Shown here piece by piece: positions 38,741 through 49,069 of a DNA stretch of 64,000 nucleotides. A program made the position numbers and the translations under genes. This DNA comes from a bacterium. Lineage in GTDB: Bacteria > UBP14 > UBA6098 > 4484-93. The notes under the pieces are model-generated. The model was given only the letters and a program-made list of their open reading frames with translations. It made no database searches and had not been told where the DNA came from. Each line of letters starts with the position of its first letter. The first letter of the stretch is position 1. The DNA lies in NCBI GenBank assembly GCA_021158465.1, contig JAGGUN010000027.1:369-64368 (forward strand). The letters are read 5' to 3'.

Positions 38741-39667
38741 ATGGCAATAAATATTAAGAAGCTCGCCAATGAGCCAGAACTCTTAGCAAGTGGTCATAGA
38801 GCCTGCGTTGGATGCACCGGGACAACAATCCTAAGACAGGTTCTAAGAGCATCTGGACCCAATACCGTAGTCTCCTTTGCAACAGGATGTATGGAGGTTG
38901 TAACAACTATATACCCATACACCGCCTGGCGCGTTCCATACATCCACAATGCGTTTGAGAACTCAGCAGCGACAATATCCGGCGTCGAAACCGCATACAG
39001 GGCACTACTGAAGAAAGGAAAGATAAACAAGAAGATAAACTTCATCGCATTCGGTGGAGACGGTGGAACATACGACATCGGACTGCAATCGCTGTCGGGC
39101 GCACTGGAACGAGGACACAATTTCCTGTACATCTGCTACGACAACGAGGCATATATGAACACCGGCATCCAGCGCTCAGGAGCAACACCGAGAGGAGCCG
39201 CAACATCAACAACACCAGCCGGAAAGGTTATCCCAGGTAAGCCACAGAAAAGAAAAGACCTAACAGCAATCATTGCAGGACATCATATCCCTTATGTTGC
39301 GCAGGCGTCTCCACACAATTTCATCGACCTGATGAAGAAGGTCCAGAAGGCGCTATCCATTGACGGACCCGCATTTATGAATGTTCTTATGCCGTGTCCT
39401 CGTGGATGGCGTTTCCCTGAGCCCGAAGGGATAGATATAGCTCGTCACGCTGTCGAGACCTGCTTCTGGCCGTTATACGAAGTAGAAAACGGAGTCTACA
39501 AGATAAACTACATCCCGAAGAAGAAAGAGCCTCTCGAGAACTGGCTCAAGCGCCAGGGACGGTTTAAACATCTATTCACAACCCAAAACAGGCATATCAT
39601 TGACGAGCTGCAGGCAGAAGTTGACAAGGACTGGGAAGAACTAAAAAATAGAGCAGGCGTGGAGTAA
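38741..39667 (+). CDS. porB: Pyruvate/2-oxoacid:ferredoxin oxidoreductase, beta subunit (TPP-binding)
   Basis: GHRACVGCTG..., TPP-binding motif FGGDGGTYDIGLQSLSGALERGHNFLYICYDNEAYMNTG. Confidence 0.85.
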   Translation: MAINIKKLANEPELLASGHRACVGCTGTTILRQVLRASGPNTVVSFATGCMEVVTTIYPYTAWRVPYIHNAFENSAATISGVETAYRALLKKGKINKKINFIAFGGDGGTYDIGLQSLSGALERGHNFLYICYDNEAYMNTGIQRSGATPRGAATSTTPAGKVIPGKPQKRKDLTAIIAGHHIPYVAQASPHNFIDLMKKVQKALSIDGPAFMNVLMPCPRGWRFPEPEGIDIARHAVETCFWPLYEVENGVYKINYIPKKKEPLENWLKRQGRFKHLFTTQNRHIIDELQAEVDKDWEELKNRAGVE

Positions 39668-39691
39668 AGTCACACCTCACCCCACAGCCGC

Positions 39692-41242
39692 CTATATCTT
39701 CTCGGAGATCGCCTTCGCCTGCAGGAAGAGGAGAAGATAGTCCCTTCCGCCCGCCTTGGAGTCCGTGCCAGACATATTGAACCCGCCGAACGGATGAACA
39801 CCAACCAAAGCAGCAGTGCACTTGCGATTGATATATAGATTCCCCGCAAATAGCCTCTTCTTTGCGTCGTATATCCGGAACCGGTCCTTGGAATAGAACG
39901 CACCTGTGAGTCCATAATCCGTCCCGTTGGCAATTCGGACTATATCCTCATAATCGTTCGCCTTTATCACCGAGACGACGGGTCCAAATATCTCCTCTTG
40001 CGCAATCCTTGCTGTATCAGGAACATCAACAAATACGGTAGGAGCAATGAAGTATCCCGTATCAGAAAGCCTTTCACCGCCGATAGCAAGCTTCGCTTCA
40101 GACTTACCTATATCGATGTAGTGCATTATCTTCTCCTCAGCCGCCGCGTTGACCACAGGTCCCATATGGTAGTTGTCTTTGTGAACAGGACCAACAGTGA
40201 GCTCCCGAGTAAGCCCCAGAACCTTATCAACGACCTCATCATATATATCCTTATGGATAATTGCTCTTGAGCCGGCAGAACACTTCTGCCCCTGAAATCC
40301 GAAGGCTGATACCACTATCCCCTTAGCAACGGATTCAGTATCTGCTGTCTCATCGGCAGCAACAAAGTCCTTGCCCCCCATCTCAAGAACCACACGCTTT
40401 ATCCATTTCTGACCAGGGGAAATCTTTGCGGCAAGCTCATTTATGCGACATCCAACCTCTTTGGAACCCGTGAACGAGATGAACCGTATCTTGGGATGGG
40501 AAACAAGAGCATCACCTATCTTGCCACCGGGACCAGGGATAAAGTTTATCGCCTCCGGTGGCAACCCAGCTTCAAGGAGAATCTTAACGAACTGATACCC
40601 TATTGTAGGTGAATCCGATGCCGGCTTCAGGACAACAGTGTTCCCAGTAACCAGTGCAGAAGTTGTCATACCAACGAGTATCGCTCCTGGGAAGTTCCAC
40701 GGCGGAATAATCGCACCTACACCAAGCGGGATGTAGCGAAGCTCATTATACTCACCAGGGAGGGGAGTTAACCCCTTGGAAGATTCGCTATATCTTATCA
40801 TCTCCCTGCCATAGAACTCCATGAAGTCGATTGCCTCGCAGACATCGGCATACCCCTCTATCCAAGGCTTCCCGACCTCAAAAACCTCCCAGGCGGTAAG
40901 CTCAAATATCTTCTTCCGAGCGAGCTCCGCTGCTTTGAAAAGAACGATTGCTCTATCCTCTGGACTATGATTAGCCCAAACAGGAAAATATCTGTTCGCT
41001 GCCTCGACAGCATCGTTCACTATATCGGCTGTCGCTCTGTTGAAAACTCCGACAACCTGCTCCTTCTCGGATGGGTTCCTGCTCTCGAATTTCTCGCTCG
41101 ATTCTATCCACTTCCCTCCAACAAGCAGCTTATATTCTTTCCCTAACTGACCTGCAACATTCTCGAGCGCCAGCCTCATCCTCTTTGCTACATCGGGGTC
41201 AGCAAAATCAACATAAGGCTGGTTTCTAAATGGTGGATACAT
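39692..41242 (-). CDS. rocA: L-glutamate gamma-semialdehyde (1-pyrroline-5-carboxylate) dehydrogenase, RocA/PruA type
   Basis: ALDH superfamily with catalytic Cys context FGFQGQKCSAGSRAIIHKD and N-terminal region (KPWIEGYADVCEAIDFMEFYGREM) characteristic of Bacillus-type P5CDH. SD AAAGGAGG lies 6 nt before the ATG. Confidence 0.8.
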   Translation of the reverse strand: MYPPFRNQPYVDFADPDVAKRMRLALENVAGQLGKEYKLLVGGKWIESSEKFESRNPSEKEQVVGVFNRATADIVNDAVEAANRYFPVWANHSPEDRAIVLFKAAELARKKIFELTAWEVFEVGKPWIEGYADVCEAIDFMEFYGREMIRYSESSKGLTPLPGEYNELRYIPLGVGAIIPPWNFPGAILVGMTTSALVTGNTVVLKPASDSPTIGYQFVKILLEAGLPPEAINFIPGPGGKIGDALVSHPKIRFISFTGSKEVGCRINELAAKISPGQKWIKRVVLEMGGKDFVAADETADTESVAKGIVVSAFGFQGQKCSAGSRAIIHKDIYDEVVDKVLGLTRELTVGPVHKDNYHMGPVVNAAAEEKIMHYIDIGKSEAKLAIGGERLSDTGYFIAPTVFVDVPDTARIAQEEIFGPVVSVIKANDYEDIVRIANGTDYGLTGAFYSKDRFRIYDAKKRLFAGNLYINRKCTAALVGVHPFGGFNMSGTDSKAGGRDYLLLFLQAKAISEKI

Positions 41243-41375
41243 ACCGCGCCTCCTTTTTACACTTATTTAACACTTGCCTTGCACCAAAGGTTAATTAATA
41301 TAAATCTTAGCAGGATAAAAGCAAGGTTTTTCGGGTTGACTTTTTAAGAAAACTGCCTTAAGTTATACCAAAAGT

Positions 41376-43526
41376 ATGGGTAAATCAAAGAGTATTTTGT
41401 TCATTTCGTCAATCGTCTTCGTTCTTCCTGTAATTGTCGTTTCCGGTGCCTTTGCTGATACGGTAATAGTCGAGGAGAGCGGATATTTCTGTGTGGTGCT
41501 CAATTCCACTGGAGCCAGCACCTGTTATCATGCCTTTGGAATCTTTGCCCCTGACAGCTTCGATATTGCTGACACCGTTAGAAACCATCTTGGAGACACG
41601 CTTTTTATAGGCTATTTCCCTGCGGGGACAGAGCTTGTTTTCTTCATTCGGACAATGGGGGGTGTCTGCGGATTTCATCAGTACTTTTCCAATGACCCGT
41701 CAAGATGCCATATACTCTATCTGGGAACAAATCGATGGCAACTTCGCTTCGAGGACTGGACAGACGGCTCCTTCGACGATGTGGTCGCTGACATATTCCA
41801 ATGTTCTGGGATACATGAGATTCGCGCAACAATAATTGAACCTCTGTCCACCAGCTGGACAAGTTGCTCCGACCAGGGGATAATAATGCATATAAGCTCT
41901 ATGATTACCGAATGTTCCGGGGAGTTTCTCTCAGACAGCGGAGAGGTGCCTGATGTTCTGCTTCTGGGATACTGGGATGGTGACGGCGACCCACTGGGAG
42001 ATGCCGGATTGTCGGGCATAAACCCATCCGAAGGGGATGTAACCCTTGGAAATGTCTGGACAATGGGTTCCACACATCTTATGCCACATCCCGAGATGCC
42101 CAATGTTGGTGGTATTGACTTCACAGACATCTGGCCAGGTAGCAACCGTATGGCTTATCTCCATTTCTATATATGCTCTCCAGATGAAAGGGATATCTAC
42201 CTGGTGCTGATGACGGACGATGACCTGATGGTCTGGCTGGACGGAGATTCTATCTATGCAGAACACTCTCATGTCATAGACGATCCGGACACGATCACAG
42301 TTCACCTGAGTGCAGGTTATCACTCATTTCTTTTCTGGGTCTGCAACTACCTTACCCATTACTGGTGGGTCAAGTGGCGCTTCGTGGACGAGCTCGGAGC
42401 TCCTATTACCGACCTCTACTATGCCGTGGATTCATTGGAAGCAACGGCAACAGCCTCATCCTGCCCCATCGATACCACATCCATAGATTTCACGGTCGAA
42501 GGGGTTCACTATTCCGTCGGTGAGGGTTACCTCACATTCACCGATGATTCAGTGCTCACCTGGACGCCCATCCCTCCGGACACATTCGAGGATGGCGACA
42601 CGGTCTCTGTCTGCCTTATGTCTGCAGACGATACCTGCGGTGGAACTCTCGAGCTACCTGTCTGCTGGAATTTCTATGTCGATTTGACCCCACCTGCTAT
42701 ATGGGGAATCTCTCCTCCACCAGATTCTGTTGTCTTCGACTCTCTTTCTTCTGTTCGGTTCTGCATATTCGATTCTCTATCCGGTCTCGACACCTCGACT
42801 ATCGAGGTATCATTCGACGGGACTCTGGCAGAGAGGAGCATTACCTGGGTAAGAGACCACTGGGTAGTTGTCGCCGTTCCGGAGAGTTCACTGACAGGAG
42901 ATAGCGTCCGCATCTGTATCAGTGCAACCGACACGACCGACTACTGCGAAGACAATATACTGGATACCTGTTTCACAATCTATATAGAGCCCTGTCCACC
43001 GGCGGATGCCTGGGTTATATGCCCACTCCCCTGCGAGTCATTCTCATCCTGCTCGACACAGGTGATAATATTCGGCTTCAAGGATACGATGGGAGGACAA
43101 ATAGACACGATGAGGGTCTACTTCACCGTCCGTGTGGTCAATCGAACAGGAGGCACAGATTCCTCCTATATCCTCTCTGAGCCGACAGAGTTTATTGAGT
43201 TTACGGATGACACAATCGCTGCTGTCTGGGGGAACTGGTCGGACAGAGATAGCGTTATCATATCGCTCGATTCGCTCTACACAACCTCGGGCTGCCTGAC
43301 AGTATTCCGTGGCTGCCACCTCAATTCGGATTGTGACGAGCCAGATGAGTTTTGCAGGAAAGCCACAGGGAATTGCGATGGACCAGGGATATGTGTCGAG
43401 CGACCGACTGTTTGCCCGAGCGTATGGGACCCTGTCTGTGGCTGCGATGGCAGAACCTACGCAAACGAATGCGTCGCCCACTCAAGCGGTGTCAATGTCC
43501 TGCATTGGGGCGAATGCTCAAAATAA
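41376..43526 (+). CDS. Secreted protein with a PA14-like domain and a C-terminal Kazal-type protease-inhibitor domain
   Basis: Signal peptide MGKSKSILFISSIVFVLPVIVVSGAFA. PA14-like segment (YLVLMTDDDLMVWLDGDSIYAE...GYHSFLFWVCNYLTHYWWVKWRF). C-terminus CVERPTVCPSVWDPVCGCDGRTYANECVAHSSGVNVLHWGEC has the Kazal cysteine spacing around PVCGxDGxTYxNxC. Confidence 0.6.
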   Translation: MGKSKSILFISSIVFVLPVIVVSGAFADTVIVEESGYFCVVLNSTGASTCYHAFGIFAPDSFDIADTVRNHLGDTLFIGYFPAGTELVFFIRTMGGVCGFHQYFSNDPSRCHILYLGTNRWQLRFEDWTDGSFDDVVADIFQCSGIHEIRATIIEPLSTSWTSCSDQGIIMHISSMITECSGEFLSDSGEVPDVLLLGYWDGDGDPLGDAGLSGINPSEGDVTLGNVWTMGSTHLMPHPEMPNVGGIDFTDIWPGSNRMAYLHFYICSPDERDIYLVLMTDDDLMVWLDGDSIYAEHSHVIDDPDTITVHLSAGYHSFLFWVCNYLTHYWWVKWRFVDELGAPITDLYYAVDSLEATATASSCPIDTTSIDFTVEGVHYSVGEGYLTFTDDSVLTWTPIPPDTFEDGDTVSVCLMSADDTCGGTLELPVCWNFYVDLTPPAIWGISPPPDSVVFDSLSSVRFCIFDSLSGLDTSTIEVSFDGTLAERSITWVRDHWVVVAVPESSLTGDSVRICISATDTTDYCEDNILDTCFTIYIEPCPPADAWVICPLPCESFSSCSTQVIIFGFKDTMGGQIDTMRVYFTVRVVNRTGGTDSSYILSEPTEFIEFTDDTIAAVWGNWSDRDSVIISLDSLYTTSGCLTVFRGCHLNSDCDEPDEFCRKATGNCDGPGICVERPTVCPSVWDPVCGCDGRTYANECVAHSSGVNVLHWGECSK

Positions 43527-43527
43527 A

Positions 43528-45375
43528 TCACCTAAGAAGAACAAGCTTCTTGCTTATTTCTTTTCCACCTGAGGATGCCTTGAGGAAATAAACACCGCTC
43601 GGAGTGTCCTCTGCATCCCAGGTGAAACGATGAGAACCAGAAGGCAGATTGCCTGAAAATACATTCGTAACCTTCTCACCTTTCAGATTGTAGACAGAAA
43701 CATCCACAAAAGCAGGCTCACCCAGAGCAAATACCAAAGTTGCAGACGAGTTGAACGGATTGGGGAAACAGGATAGAGCAAACCTCTTGATTCCGTTTAT
43801 TATGGCATCGGAGATACCTGTCCCAGAAAGGACAAAATCCTGGTCGGGGTAAGTCTCTCCCAGCCCTGCCCACAGGTCGATATGGTCAGGGGTGCGCTCA
43901 CGATAGAGCGGATGATACGCCCCAATATGCCAATCTCCAAAGAAAACATTGTCGAAAGAATAGCCACCCGAAGCATCGCTTCTAACATAACGCCACCCAT
44001 CCTCACTTGGGAGGTCATCTGCTTTGATTATCACATACGCCCCCTCAATAGGCGTCATATCGGACAGGGTAACCCTGCCAGAGATAGAAGGAAGGGTCGC
44101 GGTGACAGCAAAATCATAGCCCGTAAGCGAATCCCCATCGGATACAGAGATAGAATAACTCTCCGGGTCAATCCCAGACTCGCCATCTATGCCAGTCACC
44201 CGAAGAATATAAGAACCAGGAGCAAGACGCAGCTTGTAACTGCCTTCTACATCCGTAGATGTCGAAAAGAATTCTCCACCCGCACCAGATTCCGCCTCGA
44301 TATCCACACCGTAGATACCACTGTCATCCATCAGAGCAACACGCCCAGAGACCACACAGGGAAGTAGACTAACGGTAAAATCATAACCGAACAGGTCCGA
44401 GCCGGCAACAGTAACCATATAATACTCTGGATCAGTAGTATACCCCTCTCCAACATTCAGGAAAAGATACTCCGACGCCTCCGATGGAACCCCTATGGAA
44501 TATTCTCCACCAGACTCGATAAAACAAAAACTAATTGTTCCAGACACCATAGCAACACCCATAAGGAACATCGATGGCTCACCAAAAGAGGAGGTGTAAT
44601 CCGGAGGAACTGTTATGTTCCCGTGAATGAATGTAGTGAAACGAGCAATTTCGACATCGCAGGTTATAACGCTATCGGTGCCGAGGTGAACTGAATCAAC
44701 CTCGAAACTGCTCTCGTGAGTGCCCGTGGGGTCCAGCACACCCACAGTATAATCTCCGGGCTCATCGAGGTTCACCACATAAACACCATCCTCGTTGGTT
44801 ACACCAATGTTCTCGGAACCATCCTCACCCTCAACTGGCTCAACCAACACAAAGACATCTGGTATAGGCTCTCCTGTGCCTTCCTCTGAGACCCTGCCTC
44901 TGATACAGGGCGGTTCCGGCTCCTCCATTACAGGCTCTCCCTCATTCACCCTAAGGCTCGCCGTAGCAGAGGATGCATCCTCGTCCGTACCACGAATGAT
45001 AAAATTGACCCCCCCCACAAAGGACGGAAAGACCTCCATAAAGAATGTATGCTCAAGCCTGCCGTTCACAGTAGAATCATCATCACCTGGGATAAGCCAG
45101 TCACCATCATCCCAGCCGATAGATGGAACCCCATCGATTATGCCGAAATAGTCAAGAGGTTCATCGGCATCATCAATCGTTCCAGAACCGTTCACATCGA
45201 GATAAACCTCAATAAGCACAGTATTCCCCGGAGACGAGAGATCAGCCTCCAGGAGCACATCACAAGGCGGTGTCACCTCGAGATGCGAGGCTCCATCAAG
45301 ATGAATATAACTTATCGCAAAAGCAGGCACCACAAGAAACAGCATCATCGGAAGAACAAAAAACAGCTTCCTCAT
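43528..45375 (-). CDS. Secreted T9SS cargo protein with carboxypeptidase-regulatory-like beta-sandwich repeats
   Basis: Signal peptide MRKLFFVLPMMLFLVVPAFA with SD GGGAGG. CarboxypepD_reg-like repeats (GRVALMDDSGIYGVDIEAES..., GRVTLSDMTPIEGAYVIIKADD...). C-terminal Por secretion tail FPNPFNSSATLVFALGEPAFVDVSVYNLKGEKV...SGVYFLKASSGGKEISKKLVLLR. Confidence 0.65.
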   Translation of the reverse strand: MRKLFFVLPMMLFLVVPAFAISYIHLDGASHLEVTPPCDVLLEADLSSPGNTVLIEVYLDVNGSGTIDDADEPLDYFGIIDGVPSIGWDDGDWLIPGDDDSTVNGRLEHTFFMEVFPSFVGGVNFIIRGTDEDASSATASLRVNEGEPVMEEPEPPCIRGRVSEEGTGEPIPDVFVLVEPVEGEDGSENIGVTNEDGVYVVNLDEPGDYTVGVLDPTGTHESSFEVDSVHLGTDSVITCDVEIARFTTFIHGNITVPPDYTSSFGEPSMFLMGVAMVSGTISFCFIESGGEYSIGVPSEASEYLFLNVGEGYTTDPEYYMVTVAGSDLFGYDFTVSLLPCVVSGRVALMDDSGIYGVDIEAESGAGGEFFSTSTDVEGSYKLRLAPGSYILRVTGIDGESGIDPESYSISVSDGDSLTGYDFAVTATLPSISGRVTLSDMTPIEGAYVIIKADDLPSEDGWRYVRSDASGGYSFDNVFFGDWHIGAYHPLYRERTPDHIDLWAGLGETYPDQDFVLSGTGISDAIINGIKRFALSCFPNPFNSSATLVFALGEPAFVDVSVYNLKGEKVTNVFSGNLPSGSHRFTWDAEDTPSGVYFLKASSGGKEISKKLVLLR

Positions 45376-45461
45376 AACTCTACCTCCCTTTTATCCCAAA
45401 TCAATGTTTTTAGGTAAGCAAAATAAGGACAGAAACCAGAGAAGTCAAGCAATTAATTGTC

Positions 45462-45902
45462 TCAAGACCATACTATCGCCTTTATGTTCTTCAGCTTATT
45501 TTTATGCGTATGCTCAAGTCTTCCCAGCTCATTGAAGAGAAGTTGCAAGCGACGACGAGAAACAGTCTTCGCAATATCAAAGAGCAGGAGCTCTGTCTCC
45601 TCCTGCCAGCGAAGGCATTCTGAGAGAGCCTCATTTATTGCTACCCTGTCGTTCTTCTTAATCACAACAACTGGCAAGTCACCCTTAACATCGAGCTTGG
45701 CAGCTATTCGTATATCACCTATGGCTGATGCAATCCGCTCGGTAAAAGCCTTTATCCCGTTTGCTTCCTCAGCAAGTGCAAGAAAAGCCTTCCGCTGAAC
45801 CTGGCTCTCACTGCTTAAGGCAATCCTCACATAAAGCTTATGCCTTGCCTTCTGAAACTCAACTATCCCAGACAGAAGTTTCTTTACACTGTAGCTTGAC
45901 AT
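45462..45902 (-). CDS. Hypothetical helical protein (possibly ferritin-like four-helix bundle)
   Basis: 146 aa, predicted all-helical, no signal peptide. No confident family assignment by eye. Confidence 0.35.
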   Translation of the reverse strand: MSSYSVKKLLSGIVEFQKARHKLYVRIALSSESQVQRKAFLALAEEANGIKAFTERIASAIGDIRIAAKLDVKGDLPVVVIKKNDRVAINEALSECLRWQEETELLLFDIAKTVSRRRLQLLFNELGRLEHTHKNKLKNIKAIVWS

Positions 45903-45945
45903 CTATACCCTTATCGGATGCTGGCTACACAATCTTAAGGTAATC

Positions 45946-48024
45946 TCACGGTGCAATATCAAGTGGGAAGCGCCACCTATTAAGCAATGCTGAGCGGATG
46001 AATCTGCTCTGAGGGAGAGAAAACTTTGGGTCTCTCTCAACAAGTTTTTCTGCAAGCTCCCGTCCTGATTGGATGAGTGACGAGAACTGCTTATGCGACA
46101 GCAAGTCGAAACCCAACCTTCCTGACTGCTCCTCTCCCCAGATATTACCGACACCACGGGAAAGCATATCGAACTCGGAAATCTCGAACCCGTCGGTTGA
46201 ACGAGCAAGAAATTCAAGCCTCTCGCGAGCCTCTGACCCCTCCGGAGCATCGGTCAGCAGGATACAGATAGCCTCATCTCCTCCCCTCCCTATCCTACCT
46301 CGCATCTGATGAAGCTGTGACAAGCCGAAACGCTCCGCTGACTCAATCAGCATAAGGTTCGCCGAATGTACATCAAGTCCAACCTCGATAATATTCGTGG
46401 AGACAAGTATCCTTACCTTCCCTGACCTGAAATCATCGAGAACAGATGCTCTCTCTGAAGCCGGCATCTTCCCGTGAATCTCCGCAGATGGAACATCTGG
46501 AAAACGCCTCCTTATCCTTCTTATCCCTTCCTTCAATGAGGAGACCTCATCGGTCTTCTGGATAACCGGATGAATGATGAACAGCCGTTCACCTTCCTCC
46601 AGCCTCTTCTCGAGGTAGTCAAACACCCTCTCCCGCGCGGAGAAATCCCTAACATATGTTCTCACCCTAACAGGGTTTGGGCGGTGCCTCAGAGTGGATA
46701 CATCAAGGTCACCAAAGTAGGCTAAAGCAAGGGTTCTTGGTATAGGAGTTGCCGTCATCATCAAAAGATGACCACGCTCCATTCTCGAGAGGAGCTTCAT
46801 CCTCTGGGAGACCCCAAATCGCTGCTGTTCGTCTATTACCAGAAGCGCAAGTCGGGAGAACTCAAGACGCTCATCAAACATTGCATGCGTGCCAACAAGG
46901 ATGTCAATGTCACCTGATGCAATACCAAGCATAATACGAGAACGTTCGATCGGATCGGTTGCACCAGTCAAAAGGGCAATACTTGCCCTGTTCCCAAGAA
47001 TTCTTACAAGATTCCTGTAGTGCTGGTGCGCAAGGACAAAAGTCGGAACAAGAAAAACCACCTGATACCCTCGCTCGACGAACGCCAACATAAGAACCAC
47101 CGCACAGGCAGTCTTTCCACTCCCCACCTCACCCTGGAGAAGACGCGACATACCACACCCAGACGATACATCCCAGGCAAACTCACCAAGGACACGCCTC
47201 TGCTCAGAAGTAAACCTAAACGGAAAGACCTCACGGGCAACTCGGAGAAGCTCATCTACAGAAACAGGTAATCTAATAGCGGACCGCCTCCTCCTCCTTA
47301 TAACAAACGCTATCTGATTCATCAGCACCTCAAAGGAAAGAAGAGCTCGCATAGCACCTCTTGCCTCATCTAAATTCGCCGGGAAATGGGCAGAAAGATA
47401 GGCGGACTTCGGAGAAAATCTATATCCCTCAAACTCAAATCTATCATCCGGGAGCAGAGCGAGCGCAGATTTTACTATGGACACAAACCGCTTTCTCCCA
47501 ACAGAAGATAACCCGTGAGGAAGAAAATATACCGGCTTAAGCCCTGCTTTTCTATCCTCTGGCGAGACAAGCGTTGGATGAGCAAAGCTCGGCTTGCCAC
47601 GGACAATCTTCGCTCTACCCAGGATACACACATTCTTCCCTTTACCAAAGATAGCCGAAAGATACGGTGCCCACCAAAAGAAGAGGATCTCCGCGGTCCC
47701 AGTATTATCCCTCAAACGGGCGCGAAAGAATTTCCTGCCAAAAAAGCTTGTGCCAACTATCTCACCGCAGACAAGGTATCGACCGTCAGCCTTTATATTT
47801 CCTATCGGTGTCTGTCGCGGAACCTCCTCATACCGAGCAGGAAGAATATCGATTATATCACCGATTGTCTCTATCCCCGCGGAGGCAAACCGCTTCTGAA
47901 GCTTCGGTCCCACACCTTTAACCTTTATCGTGGAAAGGGATGCTGCTTGCCAGAAATCCATCCTATAAATATAATCCACAGCAAGAAATTTCAAAATGGG
48001 TTTCTTCTTGCTAACAGAACACAT
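45946..48024 (-). CDS. recG: ATP-dependent DNA helicase RecG
   Basis: Wedge-domain N-terminus (LSTIKVKGVGPKLQKRFASAGIETIGDIIDILPARYEEV), Walker A (GEVGSGKTACAVVLM), DEQQRFG box, and helicase C-terminal domain. Start is probably internal (ATG 47961). Confidence 0.85.
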   Translation of the reverse strand: MCSVSKKKPILKFLAVDYIYRMDFWQAASLSTIKVKGVGPKLQKRFASAGIETIGDIIDILPARYEEVPRQTPIGNIKADGRYLVCGEIVGTSFFGRKFFRARLRDNTGTAEILFFWWAPYLSAIFGKGKNVCILGRAKIVRGKPSFAHPTLVSPEDRKAGLKPVYFLPHGLSSVGRKRFVSIVKSALALLPDDRFEFEGYRFSPKSAYLSAHFPANLDEARGAMRALLSFEVLMNQIAFVIRRRRRSAIRLPVSVDELLRVAREVFPFRFTSEQRRVLGEFAWDVSSGCGMSRLLQGEVGSGKTACAVVLMLAFVERGYQVVFLVPTFVLAHQHYRNLVRILGNRASIALLTGATDPIERSRIMLGIASGDIDILVGTHAMFDERLEFSRLALLVIDEQQRFGVSQRMKLLSRMERGHLLMMTATPIPRTLALAYFGDLDVSTLRHRPNPVRVRTYVRDFSARERVFDYLEKRLEEGERLFIIHPVIQKTDEVSSLKEGIRRIRRRFPDVPSAEIHGKMPASERASVLDDFRSGKVRILVSTNIIEVGLDVHSANLMLIESAERFGLSQLHQMRGRIGRGGDEAICILLTDAPEGSEARERLEFLARSTDGFEISEFDMLSRGVGNIWGEEQSGRLGFDLLSHKQFSSLIQSGRELAEKLVERDPKFSLPQSRFIRSALLNRWRFPLDIAP

Positions 48025-48049
48025 TTTTGTATCTTATCTTCACTTAAGT

Positions 48050-49069
48050 ATGCGGGGAATAAGCCTCTTATCAATCCTCTCTTTTGCCCTTCTTGCGATC
48101 GGGTGCAGCGGGTATAAGCCCGACGCAATAGGGAGCTATAACGAACTTATAACCTTCGGCGACAGGGCAACGGTCGATTCTGTTAAGCCAGCCCTTATAG
48201 ATGTCTGGTGCAGAACCATCCGAACACCGCAGGAGGAGAAGCTATACCGAATAATCTGCAAGAAGCCGGAGGAATTCAAACATTACAAGAAATATCGGAA
48301 CCTGCTTTTAATAGGAAGAATTGGAGCTTATGACCCAATCTCCAGGATGGTGACAGAGGCACTTGATTCGGCAGCTCTCGAGGAGGCAAGGCTCGGCATC
48401 TCGTATATCTTCACCAAACAGGATATCTGGGCAAGGGGTCAGTTGGTTATATTTCTTGTCTCACCAGACGCAAATCTCCTGTCAGCAAACCTGATACACG
48501 ATAGAAGAGAACTATTCAGATATTTAGACCAATCGGTCAACGAGAGGCTGTCGGAATGGCTATACGACAAGGTCCAGGGAATGGGTGAGCAGTTTGAAAT
48601 CGAGGACTCGTTGAAAAAACTTTTCGGCTACTCCATCCGCATACCGAGAAACTTCTACATAGAGACGCTGTCGGACAACTTTGTCTGGCTACGAGCACTA
48701 TCCCCAGACAGGTGGGTGTTCATTTGGTTCACAGAGAAACCACCGGATAGCATGTCTATCAAGTGGTGGAGAGAAACAAGGGACAGCCTTTGTGCACTCT
48801 ATTATGAGGGGGACATCGTCGTTGCTGGAACAGAACAGCTGGAACAAACGGAGGGGTTAGGCGATAATCCTGTCTACAAGATAAGGTCGCTCTGGAAGAA
48901 CCCGCATTCCCTTCTGGGAGGACCAATACTTTCTTACATCCTCCACGATGAGAGAACAGGTAGACTGTATATAATCGATTGTGCTTTATTCGCTGCCGGC
49001 ACAAGGAAAGAACCGTACCTCAGGCATTTGCAGATAATAGCGGAAAGTTTCAGACCAGTTTCAGAATAG
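48050..49069 (+). CDS. Hypothetical lipoprotein
   Basis: Start at ATG 48050 gives MRGISLLSILSFALLAIGCSG with a lipobox (AIGC). Resembles Bacteroidota-type DUF lipoproteins, but with no confident assignment. Confidence 0.45.
   Translation: MRGISLLSILSFALLAIGCSGYKPDAIGSYNELITFGDRATVDSVKPALIDVWCRTIRTPQEEKLYRIICKKPEEFKHYKKYRNLLLIGRIGAYDPISRMVTEALDSAALEEARLGISYIFTKQDIWARGQLVIFLVSPDANLLSANLIHDRRELFRYLDQSVNERLSEWLYDKVQGMGEQFEIEDSLKKLFGYSIRIPRNFYIETLSDNFVWLRALSPDRWVFIWFTEKPPDSMSIKWWRETRDSLCALYYEGDIVVAGTEQLEQTEGLGDNPVYKIRSLWKNPHSLLGGPILSYILHDERTGRLYIIDCALFAAGTRKEPYLRHLQIIAESFRPVSE

Noticed and set aside
41243-41375. Imperfect inverted repeat (ccttgc … gcaagg) in the rocA / Kazal-protein intergenic region, a possible terminator or operator
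   Set aside because: The arms are only 6 bp with a loop of about 40 nt and no flanking T-tract. Both flanking genes start here (divergent), so a terminator is not expected. At most this is an unverified operator.
45462-45902. 146-aa helical protein next to recG as a possible ferritin/rubrerythrin-like or anti-sigma-type regulator
   Set aside because: No metal-ligand (E-x-x-H) pairs or other diagnostic motifs could be identified by eye. It is kept as hypothetical only.
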